Notes: a model not told the origin generated them from the sequence alone. A DNA stretch of 64,000 bases from the human T2T-CHM13v2.0 reference genome, Homo sapiens (GCF_009914755.1 NC_060929.1), one strand, 5' to 3'. Shown: positions 1-20,190, counted from the stretch's first letter. Numbers and translations are program-made.

Positions 1-31
1 GAATCAATATCATGAAAATGGCCCTACTGCC

Positions 32-2135
32 TGAATTAGTCCATTTTCATGCTGCTGATAAAGACATACCCGAGACTGGGAAGAAAAAGAAGTTTAATTG
101 AGCTTACATTTCCACATGGCTGGGGAGGCCTCCGAATCATACAGTACAATACATGAGGCCTTGAATCAAACAATTCAAGTTGAGATTTGGGTGGTGGCAC
201 AGACAAACCATATCATTCCACCCCTGGCCCCTCCAAATCTTATGTCTTCACATTTTAAAACCAATCATCCCTTCCCAACAGTCCCATTTCAGCATTAACC
301 CAAGAGTCCACAGTCCAAAGTCTCATCTGAGACTAGGCAAGCTGCTTCTGCCTATGAGCCTGTAAAATCAAAAGCAAGCTAGTTACTTCCTAGATACAAT
401 GGGGGTACAGGTATTGGGAAAATACAGCCATTCCAAATGGGAGAAATTGGCCAAAGCAAAGAGGCTACAGGGCCCAAGCAAGTCCAAAATCCAGCGGGGC
501 CATCAAATTTTTAAGCTTCAAAGCAATCTCCTTTGACTTCAGGTCTCACATCCAAGTCACACTGATGCAAAAGGTGGGTTCCCATGGTCTTGGGCAGCTC
601 CACTCCTGTGGCTTTGCAGGGTATAGTCTCCCTCCTGGCTGATTTCCCTGGCTGGCATTGAGTGTCTGTGACTTTTCCAGGTGCACAGTGCAAGCTGTCA
701 GTGGATCTACAATTCTGGGGTCTGGAGAAAGGTGGCCCTCTACTCACAGCTCCACTAGGCAAAGTCCCAGTAGAGACTCTGTGTGGGGGTTCTGATCCCA
801 CATTTTCCTCCTCCATTTCCCTAACAGAGGTTCTCCATGATGACCCTGCCCCTGCAGCAAAATTTTGCCTGGGAATCCAGGCGTTTCCATACATCTTCTG
901 AAATCTAGGCAGAGGTTCCCAAACCTCAGTTCTTGACTTCTGTGCACCTGCAGGCTCAACACCACATAGAAGCTGCCAAGGCTTGGGTCTTGCACCCTCT
1001 GAAGCCACAGCCTGAGCTGTAGATTGTCGCCTTTCAACCACAGCTGGAGCAGCTGGGACACAAGGCACCAAGACCCTAGGCTGCACACAGCAGAGGGACC
1101 CTGGGCCCAGCCCACTAAACTGCTTTTTCCTCCTAGACCTCCAGGCCTGTGATGGGAGGGGCTGCTGTGAAGGTCTTTGACATGGCCTGGAGATGATTTC
1201 CCATGGTCTTGGGGATTAACATTAGGCTCCTCGTCACTTATGCAAATTTCTGCAGCTGGCTTGAATTTCTCCCCAGAAAATGGGTTTTTCTTTTCTATCA
1301 CATTGTCAGGCTGCAAATTTTCCAAACTCTTATTCTCTGTTTCCCTTTTAAAACTAAATGCTTTTAACAGCACCCAAGTCACTTCTTGAGTGCTTTGCTG
1401 CTTAGGATTTTTTTCCATCGGATACCCTAAATCATCTCTCTCAAGTTTAAAATTCCACAAATCTCTAGGGCAGGAGCAAAATGCCACCAGTCTCTTTGCT
1501 AAAATATAACAAGAGTCACTTTTGCTCCAGTTCACAAAAAGTTCCTCATGTCCATCTGAGACCACCTCAGCCCGGACTTTATTGTCCATATTACTATCAG
1601 CATTTTGGGCAAAGCCATTCAACAAGTCTCTAGGAAGTTCCAAACTTTCCCACATTTTCCTGTCTTCTTCTGATCCCTCCAAACTGTTCCAACCTCTGCC
1701 TATTACCCAGTTCCAAAGTCGCTTCCACATTTTCAGGTAGCTTTTCAGCAGTGCCCTACTCTACTGGTAACAATTTACTGTATTAGTCTGTTTTCACACT
1801 GCTGATAAAGGCATTCCCAAGACTGGGAAGAAAAAGAAGTTTAATTGGACTTACACCTCCACATGGCTGGGGAGGCCTCAGAATCATGGGGGGAGGCAAA
1901 AGACACTTCTGACATGGTGGTGGCAAGAGAAAAAGGGGGAAGAAGCAAAAGTGGAAACCCCTGATAAACCCATTAGCTCTCATGAGACTTATTTACTATC
2001 ACAAGAATAGCATGGGAAAGACTGGCCCCCATGATTCAATTACCTCCCCCCCCCGGTCCCTCCTACAACACTTGGGAATTCCGGGAGATACAATTCAAGT
2101 TGAGATTTGAGTCAAGGCACAGCCAAACCATATCA
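32..2135 (-). mobile_element. THE1C MaLR provirus: 5'LTR 1779-2135, internal 216-1778, internally deleted 3'LTR 32-215
   Basis: LTR termini tg(t/a)attagtc...aaaccatatca at both ends, perfect 5-bp TSD CTGCC (27-31, 2136-2140), internal ORF remnant 744-1730 (WNSLEGSEEDRKMWESLELPRDLL). Confidence 0.93.
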
Positions 2136-3226
2136 CTGCCCAAAGTAATGTATAGATTCAGTGCTATTCCCATCAAACTACCACTGAGATTCTTCACAGA
2201 ATTAGAAAAAAATACTTTAAAATGTATATGGAACCAAAAAAGAGCCCATCGAGCCAAGTCAATCCTAAGCAAAAATAACAAAGCTGGAGGCATCATGCTA
2301 CCTGACTTCAAACTACACTATGAGGCTACAGTAAACAAAACAGCGTGGTACTGGTACCAAAACAGACATATAGACCAACAGAACAGAATAGAGACCTCAG
2401 AAATAACAACACACATCTGCAACCATCTGATCTTTGACATACCTGACAGAAACATGCAATGGGGAAAGGATTTCCTATTTAATAAATGATGGTGGGAAAA
2501 CTGGCTAACCATATACAGAAAATTGAAACTGGACCCCTTCCTTACACCTTATACAAAAATTAACTCAAGATGGATTAAAGACTTAAATGTAAAACCCAAA
2601 ACCGTAAAAACCCTAGAAGAAAATCTAGGCAATACAATTCAGGACATAGACATGGGCAAAGATTTTGTGATGAAAACACCAAAAGCAATTGCAACAAAAG
2701 CAAAAATTGACAAATGAGATCTAATTAAACTAAAGAGCTTCTGCACAGCAAAAGAAACTATCATCAGAGTGAACAGGCAAACTACAAAATGGGAGAAAAT
2801 TATTGCAATTGATCCATCTAAATTTATAAGGAACTTAAACACATTTACAAGAATTAAACAACCCCATCAAAAGGTGGGTGAAGGATACCAACAGACACTT
2901 CTCAAAAGAAGACATTTATATGGCCAAGAAACATATGAAAAAAGGTCAACATCGCTGATCATTAGAGAAATGCAAATCAAAACAACAATGAGGTACCATC
3001 TTACGCCAGTCAGAATGGTGATTATTACAAAGTCAAGAAGCAACAGATGCTGGCGAGGCTGTGGAGAAATAGGAATGCTTTTACACTTTTGGAGGGAATG
3101 TAAATTAGTTCAACCATTGTAGAAGACAGTGTGGTGATTCCTCAAGGATCTAGAACCAGAAATACCATTTGACCCAGCAATCCCATTACTGGGTATATAC
3201 CCAAAGGAATAGAAATCATTCTACTA

Positions 3227-3537
<311 letters not shown>

Positions 3538-4137
3538 AAGATACCTATACACATATGTTTATTGCAGCACTATTTACAATAGCAAAGACATGGAATCAAC
3601 CCAAATGCCCATCAATGATAAACTGGATAAAGAAATTGTGGTGCATATACATCATGGAATACTATACAGCCATAAAAAGGAATGAGATCATGGCCTTTGC
3701 AGGTACATGGATGAAGCTGGAAGCCATCATCCTCAGCAAACTAACACAGGAACCAAAAACCAAATACTGTATGTTCTCACTCTTAAATGATAGTTGAAAA
3801 ATGAGAACACATAAACACAGGAAGGGAAACCACACACATTGGGGTGTGTCGGGGGTGGAGAGGCAAGGACAAATAGCTAATGCATGCAGGGCTTAATAAC
3901 TAGGTGGCAGGTTGATAGGTGCAGCAAACCACCATTGCACACGTTTACCTATGTAACAAACCTGCATGTTCTGAACATGTGTCCCAGAACTTAAAGTAAA
4001 ATAAAATTTAAATTTTAAAAATGTTAACCCTCTTTACTGATGACCTAAACATTAAAGATGACATAAACAGAATAAGTGTTCTTGATATACTTATGTATTT
4101 AATAATTTTCTCAGCTGACATTTGTTTCTAATGTCAT

Positions 4138-4608
4138 GTGCACTGGCTGAATTATGTTTTCCAAAAATTCATATCTACCCAGATGCTCTAAATGTGTGAA
4201 GTTATTTGGAAATAGGGTCTTCCTAGATGTAATCCAGTTAATGTGAGGTCATGCTGGATCAAAGCCCTCAATTCAATATGACTAACGTTACATTGTTATC
4301 TTACACAAAGAGGGCAATCTGGACATAGAGACATAGATGTGCAGGGGATATGGCCATTTGGAGATGGAGACAGAGATTGGAGTGTTGCACCTACTAGCTA
4401 TGGAAACCCAAAGACTACAGGCAACCACTATAAGCTAGAAGATACCATCAGGATTCTTCTCCAGAGACTTCAGAGGAAACATGGCCCTGCCAATACTTTA
4501 ATCTTAGACTTCTAGCCTCCAGATCTATGAAAGAATACATTTCTAGGTTTTTTCAAAGCCACCCACTTTGTAGTAATTTGCTACAGGAGCCCTTGAAAAT
4601 TAATATAC
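4138..4608 (+). mobile_element. MLT1 (B/C-like) solo LTR
   Basis: MLT1 motifs ttatttggaaatagggtctt, atggccctgcc...gacttctagcctccag, aagccaccc..tttgt. Confidence 0.75.
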
Positions 4609-4642
4609 TGTGTAACCTAAGAAATGTATCTTTTTCAAGTAG

Positions 4643-7424
<2,782 letters not shown>

Positions 7425-7503
7425 AAAAATTACCTGCAATTTTTATAAAGTTGAATTATGCAGTTAAGAGATTTGAAATTTCTGACACCTTTGATTAACT
7501 CAT

Positions 7504-7790
7504 GGCCAGACACTGTGGCTCATGCATCTAATCCCAGTGCTTTGGGAGACTGAGGGCAGGAGGATCACTTGACGCCAGGAGTTCAAGACCAGCCTAGGCA
7601 ACATAGCAAGATCCTGTTTCTACAAAATAATAATAATAATAATTAGCCAAATGTGGTGACATGCGCCTGTAGTTCTAGCTATTCCAGAAGCTGAGGTGGA
7701 AAGATCGCTTGAGCCCAGGAGCTTGAAGCTGCTGAGAACTGTGATTGCACCACTGCACCCCAGCCTACACAACAGAGCAAGACCCTGTCT
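7504..7790 (+). mobile_element. AluJ
   Basis: Diverged Alu with J-type gcttgagcccaggag; middle A-region converted to (AAT)n. Confidence 0.88.
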
Positions 7791-8215
7791 TTTTTAATGG
7801 TTTTAATTTATTCCTCTCTTTAGATCAAATTTTTAACTGAGAAAATATGCTCTCTACAGGTGCTGATTTACCCAGTAAACTCAAACAAATTTTTCGAAAA
7901 GAAAGATATTGTCAATTCTAAATTTTTCCTTTTGAAATGTATAAATGTTTCAGGCAAATATTTTTATAAGTCTTGTCCTCTTTGTATCATTCAGGATAAT
8001 TTTCTTCAAAAAATATTTTTACAAGCCAAAACTCATCTAATAAGATCCTAATTATGATTACGTTGAACATTTTACCAAATGTAGATATTACAATTATAGG
8101 CTTTCTCAATTTAATTTGAATAGTGCACAAAATAATAATTTGCTGAATTAAAAATAAAAGCTCCTAGATGTCAGCAAAAATGGCAAGTAAGGAATTCTGA
8201 AATCTCCTCTTTCAT

Positions 8216-8290
8216 ATAACCTGCACATTGTGCACATGTAGCTAAAACTTAAAGTATAATAATAATAAATAAATAAATTTTAAAAAAAAA
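8216..8290 (+). mobile_element. Extremely 5'-truncated L1PA 3' end
   Basis: aacctgcacattgtgcacatgta..aaaacttaaagtataataataataaa followed by an A tract. Confidence 0.85.
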
Positions 8291-8638
8291 TGGGAACAAA
8301 TGGGGGAAAAAAACCAGAGCTATGAAAATTAACCAAAAGCTTGCAGCAATCTGAGAAGTGCTCATTCAGGAAAAAAAGACTGAATCTCAATATGAATAAT
8401 AAGCTTTGTGATGTTTCACCTTACTGTAATACCCTCACTTGCTGTCTTGAAAATAACCACACACATTTCTACCACCAGAGGAAACATAGAAGATCTCATT
8501 AATTTACAAAGAATTGTACATTTTAGTCTATCTGGTGGTTGCCTGGAAAACTAGCTCAATGGGTTTGAATTTACCTCACTAATTTGGAACTCATCCAGTG
8601 CTAAACACACTATAGAGGGCATTGGTTGAAAACATTTA

Positions 8639-9000
8639 CAGACAGTTCTAAATTAAGATGGTTCAATAGAATTTTTTTTCCTTCATGATGGTGCAAAAGC
8701 AATACACATTCAGTAGAAACTCTACTTTGATCTCCTATACAACCATTCTTTTTTTCACTTTCAGTACAGTATTCAATAAATTACATGAGATATTCACACT
8801 GTATTACAAAGTAGGCTTTGTGTTAGATGATTTTGCCCAACCACAAGCTAATATAAGTGTTCTAAACATATTTAAAGTAGCCTAGGCTAAGCTATGACAT
8901 TCAGTAGGTTAGGTGTATTAAATACATTTTTTGACATGATATTTTCAACTTACAATGGGTTTGTCAGAGCATAAACCCATCATAAATTGAGAAGCATCTG
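8639..9000 (-). mobile_element. MER47A (Tigger-family non-autonomous DNA transposon)
   Basis: gtaggttaggtgtattaaat, gatgattttgcccaac, terminus gagaagcatctg. Confidence 0.85.
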
Positions 9001-9219
9001 AACAAAGCAAATGTTTTAGTCACATCTGCCTGAGGCAATGATAAACAGTCAGGGCAAGCAATAGACTAATCAAAAAGCTTGAAGTAAAAGGCTTGAGAAT
9101 GTGATGCTTCGGGGAATAAGGGCTTTGGAAAGCTTTGACATATTCCTGGAAATCTAGAAGGTCACACATATGTCAAGGATTGTACATATGCTCAAGAAAG
9201 ACCTAAGAAGGTCCAAGCC

Positions 9220-9568
<349 letters not shown>

Positions 9569-11005
9569 TCAACTGCCTGGCAGAGTGCTATAGATTTGTC
9601 CCAAAGCATATATGAAACAACTCTGGAAAGACTAGGTTTTTTTGTTCTAGAAATTTAAGGTAATCTCTCTCAAATTATTCACTCACCACTAAGTTAACAG
9701 AACAAAGACTCAGTGACCACCCATAACAAAGAATATACACTTTAAAATATTAGTTTGGAAAATTCACTAAACAAACAAAAACAGTCTTTCAACAACAACA
9801 AATCATAAGGAAAAGAGACAATCAGATATGCAGAGATACTGCATTATAGGATTCAAAATGTCCACTTCTCAGCAAGAGAATAACCCATATACAGAATGAA
9901 AATAACTCATAGAAATTGTCCCCAAGGAAGCCCAGACATAGAACTTGCTAGAGAAAGACCTTAAAATTGACTATTTTAAATATATTCAAAGAGCTAAAGG
10001 ACTCCCATGTCTAGAAATAAAGGAAGCACAGAATGATGTCCAAAACAAAAGAGAATATAAATAAATAGATGAAAATTATGTTTTAAAAAGAACCAATTAA
10101 ATATTCTGTAATTGAAAAGTGCAATAAATAAAATGAAAATTTTACTAGACAGGCTCAGCAGCAGATTTTATCAGGCAAGAGAAAGAATCTGTGAATTCAG
10201 GAATAGATTAGTAGAGATGATCCAGTCTGAGGAATAGAAAGAAAAATAAATAAAATTGAACAGCACCTAAGGGACCAATGGAGTAAAAATCAAGCATACA
10301 AAAATATGCATTATGGGAGTCCTAAAGAGAGAGGAAAGAGAGAAAGGAGCAATGAGATTGAAGAAATAATGGCCAAAACCTTTACAAATTGGAGAAAATA
10401 CATGAATCTACAAATCCAAGTAGCTCAACAAAGTTCATGTAGAATAAATCCAAAGAGACTCATGCTCAGATACTTTATAATCAAACTGTTGAAAACCAAA
10501 GACAAAGAGGAAAATCTTTAAAGCAGCAAGAGAAAAGCAATCTGTCACATACAAAGTATCCACAATGAGATTATCATCAGGTTTCTCAGTAGAAATCTTA
10601 CAGGCCTGAAAGTAGTGGGATGATATAGTCAACATGCTGAAAGAAAAAAAATGCTGTCAACCTAGAATACTATATCTGGCAAAGCAGTCCTTCATGAATG
10701 AGGGAAAAATTAAGACTTTCCCAGTTAAACAAAAACTCAGAAAATTCATTACCACTAGACCTGTCCTATAAGTAATGCTAAAGAAAGTCTTTTAAGTTAA
10801 AATGAAAGAACACTAAACAGTAACTTAAAGCCATATGGAACTATAAAGTTCTCTGGTAAAGGTAAGTACATGAAAAAATATACAAACCAATATTATTGTA
10901 ATTTTGGTTTGTAATTCTACTTCCTATTCTCCTACAGCATTTCAATGACAAAAACATTAAAATTGTAGATCTATGTTAATGGGTATTCAACATATAAAAA
11001 TGCAA

Positions 11006-11373
11006 TGTATTAGTCTGTTCTCATGCTGCTAATAAAAATATACCCAAGACTGGGTAACTTATAAAGGAAAGAGGTTTAATTAACTCACAGTTCCACATGG
11101 CTTTGGAAGCCTCACAATCACAATGAAAGGCAAATGGGAGCAAAGTCATGTCTTACATGGCAACAGGCAAGAGAACATGTTCAGGGGAACTCCCCTTTAT
11201 AAAACCATCAGATCTCATGAGACTTATTCACTATCATGAGAACAGCACAAGAAACCCTGCCCTCATGATTCCATTACCTCCCACTGAGTCCCTCCCATGC
11301 CACATAGGGATTATTACAATCCACCTAGGGATTAGTACAATTCTGGGTGGGGACACAGAGTCAAACTATATCA
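11006..11373 (-). mobile_element. THE1D-like solo LTR
   Basis: tgtattagtctgttctcatgctgc...caaactatatca. Confidence 0.88.
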
Positions 11374-11374
11374 T

Positions 11375-11606
11375 GGAGTTCAAGACCATCCTGGCTAACA
11401 TGGTGAAACCCCGTCTCTACTAAAAATACAAAAAAAAAAAAATTAGCTGGGCATGGTGGCAGACACCTGTAGTCCCAGCTACTCAGAAAGGCTGAGGCAG
11501 GAGAATGGCATGAACCTGGGAGGCGGAGCTTGCAGTGAGCTGAGATCGTGCCACTGCACTCCAGCCTGGGCAACAGAGTGAGACTCCATCTCAAAAAAAA
11601 AAAAAA
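11375..11606 (+). mobile_element. AluY-like element lacking its first ~70 nt
   Basis: accatcctggctaac and ggcggagcttgcagtgagc, poly(A) tail. Confidence 0.88.
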
Positions 11607-12215
11607 CTGGGAGGGCTATAAAACAGTAGATTTTCTTCATGTGGTTGAAATTAAGTTGGTATCAGTTTGATATTGACTGTTATAACTTTAGAATAATATG
11701 TGTAATCCTTATGAAAACCATGAAAAAATCTGTAGAATTTACAAAAAAGGAAATGAGAATGAAATCTAACATGTCACTATAAAACATCAAGTAAACTCAA
11801 AAGAAAGCAGTAATAGGGGAAATGAGAAGCAAAAAAGCTACAAGATATGCAGAAAACAAATAACAAAATAGCAATAGTAAAGTCATTCTCTATCAGTAAT
11901 TACTTTAAATATAAATGAACTAAACTCCCCAATCAAAAGACATAGACTGGCAGAATGAATTTTAAATTAAAAAAAAAAAAACAGGGTCCATCTAGATGGT
12001 TTCTATAAGACACTCATTTTAAATCTACGTACATACATGGGTTGAAAGTAAAAGAATGGAAAAAGATATTCCATATGATTAGTAACGGAAAGAGATCTGG
12101 TGTGGCTATATTAATCTCAAACAAAATAAACTTTAAGTTGAAAACTGTTACAAAGGTAAAGAAGAAAATTATGTGATGATAAATTGGTCAATTCACCAAG
12201 AAGATATAACAATTA

Positions 12216-12559
12216 CAGTCACGTGTCACTCAACAAAGGGGATACATCCTAAGAAATGCATCATTAGAGGATTTCATCCTGTGAACGGCATTCAAAGTGT
12301 AACTGTACTTACACAAACCTAGAAAGTATAGCCTACTACATACCTAAGCTATATGGTACGGCCCATTGCTCCTAGGCTGCCAATATATACAGCATATTAT
12401 TGTACTCAATACTGCAGGCAATTGTAACACAATGGTAAGTATTTGTGTATCTAAACATAGAAAAGGTCAAGTAAAAAATGCTGTATTATAACCTTATGGG
12501 GCCACCGCCATAGATTCAGTAGATTGTTGACCAAAACATTGTTATGCAGCACATGACAG
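12216..12559 (-). mobile_element. Tigger3a/MER7A
   Basis: cagtcacgtg...acatgacag termini flanked by TA; acaaacctag..gtatagcctactac. Confidence 0.85.
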
Positions 12560-13004
12560 TATAACCATATAGGCACCAAACATCAGACCCCATAAATATG
12601 TGAAGAATGGAAAAAATTGAAGGGAGAAAAAGACAGCTCTAAAATAATAGGAGGAGACTTCAATTCCTTACTTTTAATAGTGGATAGAATAACAAGAAAG
12701 AAGATCAGTAAGGAAACAGAGGACTTAAATTTGAACACTATAGACTAATTGGACCTACCAGATATATATATAGAAAATTCCATCCAACAGCAGAATATGC
12801 ATTTTATCAAGAGCACATGGAACATTCTCCAGTATAGACCATGTTAGACCACAAAACAAATCTTAAAATATTTTAAAAGATGGAAATCATACAACATATC
12901 TCTTCTGATCATAATGAAATGAAACAAAATCCACGGCAGGAAAAAAAAACTTAAAAAATCATATATATGTGGAAATTAACACATTGTTAAACAACCAATG
13001 GGTC

Positions 13005-14965
13005 TGTCTTAGTCCATTTATGTAGCTGTATCAAAAATACATACCATAGGCTGTGTAGCCTACACAACAAATACCCCTGTAGGCTGGGGAGTTCAATATC
13101 AAGACATCAGTATACTCAGTGTCTGGTAAGGGCCCACTTCCTGTTTAATAGATGGCCACCTCCTTGCTTCTCATAGTAAAAGACTTAAAGACCGAAGAAT
13201 AATCCTCTTGCAATAGATGCTCTGCCTTCCAGGTCCATTGGAGTGGCAACCTCACCCTCACTACTTGAAAGGAGGGCCCTGCAGTGGCTCTCTGCCTGAG
13301 CCCCATCCCCAAAACAGTTATCTGCCAGAGCCCCACAGCTCTCCTGGTCTGGGGTCCCACACCCGTGGCTCCAGGCAGCCTCATCCTTTGAAACCTAGGT
13401 TGAAGCAACCATGCCACTGGGCCTGTGCACTGTGGCCTATGATGGGAATGGCAGCCTTGATGATCTCTGAATCACCTGCAGGGTCATTTTTCCATTGTCT
13501 TAAAGAATAGCATCTGACTTGTGTTGAGATGGCTTATTTATAATAATTTCCTTATCAAACAGTCACTTGGACACTCTGTTAGTGTTCTAATTTTTTGCAA
13601 TATGATTAGGTGGAGGATTTTCCAAGTCTTTGAGTTCTGCTTTCTTTTTCCTTAAAAATTCTGTCTTTAAGTCATTTATTTCTTCTTGAATTTTACAAAA
13701 GTAGTCATGAAAAGCCAAGCCCCACCTTTAACCCTTTGCTTAGAAATATCTTGAGCTAAATATCCAATTTTATTGCTCACAAGTTCTACCTTCCACAAAA
13801 CGCCAAGAGACAAACATAATTCTGCCAAATTCTTTGTCACATTATATCAAGTATTACTTTTCCTCCAGTTTCCAATGACATGTTCCTTATTTCCATCAAG
13901 ACCTAATCTGAATGGCCTTTACCGTCCATGTTTCTACCAACGTTCAGTTTATCATACTTAGGGATTTGTTGGGAAGGACAATTTATGCATGTAGTCTTTT
14001 TTGACCCCTCACTCATCTGCAAAATAATGGGCCTTGGGCCTGGAATATTTCCTTATCAAGAGATAAAGGGTCCATTCATTCTGTCATAGGCATATTGCCT
14101 TGTGTGGGAATATCTTTCCCTGTTTCAAGCTCAATGTACACTCCTTTGTTTTGCTGAAGTACGTACATCAATGGCCCTAAAGCATGCCTACAGCTTTCAG
14201 TATTTCAGACAGCACAGGGGAGGAGAGGGGTCCTTCTACTGTAGCACAAGAAAGGTATACGTAGGCCAATTGCCCTGTGTCGGCTACTGGGGTGACCCAC
14301 TAGCCATGACAGACCAGTGCATACTATGAGAGCTGATCTTCCTCTGTCTTTTCTCTGTGTGAGTGAAGTATTGTTCCATCCAGTAATTTATTGTGTTGTG
14401 TTTTCCTTGGTGACTCTGATACCAAGTTGCAGTGGGCAGAAGTGTTGGGACTTCTATTCCTGGTGGCTGGTATTTTGATGACTTTTGCCATCCTCCATGT
14501 AATTGGAGTCCTTCCTTGGCTTTGGTAATCAGTGCCCAGTGCTCTGACAGTATTCTGTAAGAAGATTGAGGCTTTCCTTCCAGCTCTTCTCTTTTCTTTC
14601 TGCACTCTAACTAGAATCACCCTTAACATCCATATTGCTAAAATGCTCCTTAAAAACTCTTCCACCCTCTACTGTTACCCAATTCCAAAGCCGCCTCCAC
14701 ATTTTTAGGTATTTATTACAGCAGCACCCTACTTCTTAATATTACTCTTTGTCTTAGTCCATTCAACTGCTATAACAAAAACCGCACCATATTGAGTGGT
14801 TTATACAGCAAATGTTTATTTCTCACAGTTCTGGAGACTGAGGAGTCCAAGATAAAGGAGCTGGCATATTTGAGTCTAGTGAGGGCTTGCTTCCTGGATA
14901 ATAGAAAACCATCCTTTTTCTGTGTCCTCAAATGGCAGAAAAAGGCAAAAGAATTATCTAGGGTC
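13005..14965 (-). mobile_element. MLT1A-type MaLR: two partial LTRs (about 13005-13185 and 14750-14965) plus internal sequence
   Basis: Both LTRs start tgtcttagtccatt. Internal end ccaattccaaagccgcctccacatttttaggtat is MaLR-int-like. Confidence 0.75.
13967..14549 (+). mobile_element. Solo ERVL-class LTR (LTR40/LTR53-like; family uncertain)
   Basis: TG...CA termini, 5-bp TSD GGATT/GTATT, homologous to 57190-57618. Confidence 0.7.
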
Positions 14966-14989
14966 ACAGGAGTTGGAGGCTGCATAGCA

Positions 14990-16640
<1,651 letters not shown>

Positions 16641-16809
16641 TGTTTTAATGGTTTAAAGGGAAATAAAAAGGATTATAAGAAAGCAGTATGAACAATTATA
16701 CACCAACAAATTAGGTAACCTAGATGAAATGGCCAAATTCTAGGGAGTTATGTCACAACATGGTGGAGTAGGAAGCTTTGGATCCTCTTTACCCCAAAAA
16801 ACACACCAA

Positions 16810-17052
16810 TTTTTTTTAAGAAACAGGGGCTCACTATGTCACCCAGGCTGGTCTCAAACTCCTGGGCTCAAGTGATCCTTCCACCTCAGTTTCCTGAGTA
16901 GCTGGGACTACAGGATGTGTCACCATGTCCAGTTAATTTTGTTTATTTTTTTGTAGAGACAAGGTCTCACTATGCTGCCCAGGCTGGTCTCAAACTCCTG
17001 GACTTCAGCTGTCCTCCCACCTCAGCTTCTCAAAATGCTGGATCACTGGCAC
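16810..17052 (-). mobile_element. AluJ/FLAM-like dimer
   Basis: Two left-arm-like monomers (cccaggctggtctcaaactcctgg twice). Confidence 0.75.
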
Positions 17053-18428
<1,376 letters not shown>

Positions 18429-18429
18429 A

Positions 18430-19008
18430 TTTAAAATGACCATATGATCTAGCCATTCCATTTCTGAGTATATGCGCAAAGTAATCGAAAGCAGGGTCTC
18501 AAACAGTTATTTGCACACCCATGTTCATAGCAGCCTTATTCACAAAAGCCAAAAGGTGGAAGCAATCCAAGTGTCCATTGATAGATCCGTGGGCAACAAA
18601 CTGTGGTGTGTACATAGAATGAAATATTATTCGGTCTTAAAAAGGCAGGAAATTTTGACATGTGCTACAATATGAATGAATCTTGAAGATATTATGCTGA
18701 CTGAAAGAATCCAGTCACAAAAGGACAAATATATTATTCCACTCTTATGAGGTAATCAAATTAGAGCAGACAAATTCATAGGGACAGAGGTAGAAGGATG
18801 ATTTTCAGGGGCTAGGGGTGAAAAAGAGAATGGTGAATTATTGTTTAATGGATACAAAGTTCCAGTTTAGGAAGCTTTTTAAAAAGTTCTGGAGATGGAT
18901 GGTGGTGATGGTTGCACAACAATGTGAATGTCCTTACTGCCACTGAACTGTACACTTACAAATGATTAAAATGGTAAACTTATGGTATTTTATCACAGTT
19001 TTTTAAAA
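18430..19008 (+). mobile_element. Second L1MB 3' fragment (b), in tandem with (a)
   Basis: Restarts at accatatgatc and repeats an L1MB 3'UTR. Confidence 0.82.
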
Positions 19009-19039
19009 TCAGTCATATTCTTGGGTGCTACAACAAAGA

Positions 19040-20190
19040 TATGAAACATAATCATCTGCTGAGTCTTCCAGTATCCCCACTCCAGCATGCCAACTTCCCT
19101 GAGTCTCCTAATCCCTTCCTCTGTCATCTGCCACAGAAGTCATGGCATTTCATCTTTGTTCAGCATGGGCCCATGTTCAGCATGGGCCATCGCTTTTTCC
19201 ATGTATCCTAATGGCAAGTTTTCACCATCTCTGAGGACTTTGCAAGGAAAGCAAACTTTGATCTTGGGAGAGTACTTCCAAATCAATAAACTCTTTCTTA
19301 TCCAATTTTATGTTCTGTTCCCTTGATCAAGCACCTGTCAAATCCAGGCCTATATATGTTCCCCAGTTCTTCCTGGTACATGTTACCTAGGTCTTGCAGC
19401 TCCTTTGAGATATGTCCATTTCCTCCTTTATCAGTCCCAGCACATCCCTAGCTGAGGTGTACTGAGAGTTGAGTTAAAGATTCAGTGGCTAGAAAGGCAG
19501 GTAGGGGCAGATCCTGACAGGGGCAGATCTTCTTTGTCTTTCAAAGGAGAAGACTTCACATTGTTTTCTAACACAGGGGGGTGTTAGCTTTTACTAGAAA
19601 TGGGTGGACCTCTTCTGTAGATTCAAAAGGTTCAAAAGTGTCTGGGGAGTCGAAATCTTTGAGAACAGTCATGCAAATATCTCCATCCTACAGTTCAGGT
19701 TCTGAGGTCTTCCAAAACAGAGGCCTGACCTTGGCATAACATACCTGCCTTGATGGGGCATTTAATCTTCTTTGAAGTTCAGCAATCAGACTATTACTAA
19801 GTCCCAGCTTGGCCCTCAGCTTTGTTTGCTTTGCCTTTGTAGGAGATGAGAGCTTTTTGTCTGCACCTGAAGAGGCACCCTGTCTTTCACACCTGGCTTT
19901 CAAGTGTGTATTACTTACACTCAGTGGTTCCTTTTCTTCCTGAAGAGCATCTGTGGTTCTTAGCAATAAGCAAGCAATCAATTTTTCCTTATATCTGCAA
20001 AATTTATCTAAAACTCTTAAATACTTGATACAGTGCATCTGCAAGTGCATTCCCTTCTGACAAACCTTCCCAATTCACCACTGATGAGTTGTAGCAAGTA
20101 CCATGGGCTGTCTGTGCTCCACTCACCACCAATATGGGGTCCTCTTTACCAGACAGGCAGTGAGTCATCCAGTTTCAAAACCCCATCTGG
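19040..20190 (-). mobile_element. Degenerate ERVL-type gag (internal region next to LTR33)
   Basis: Minus strand reads MGF*NW..., IAELQRRLNAPSRQVCYAKVR, KELQDL.NMYQE, RLREVGMLEW, all ERV-L gag motifs, with stops and frameshifts. Confidence 0.8.

Noticed and set aside
744-1730. 328-aa minus-strand ORF
   Set aside because: THE1 internal ORF remnant that drifts out of the ancestral frame; not a cellular gene.
19745-19866. Apparent 122-nt minus-strand exon with good splice sites (ADKKLSSPTKAK...LQRRLNAPSRQ)
   Set aside because: The peptide is contiguous with ERV-L gag motifs on both sides, so it is retroviral sequence and the splice sites are probably coincidental.
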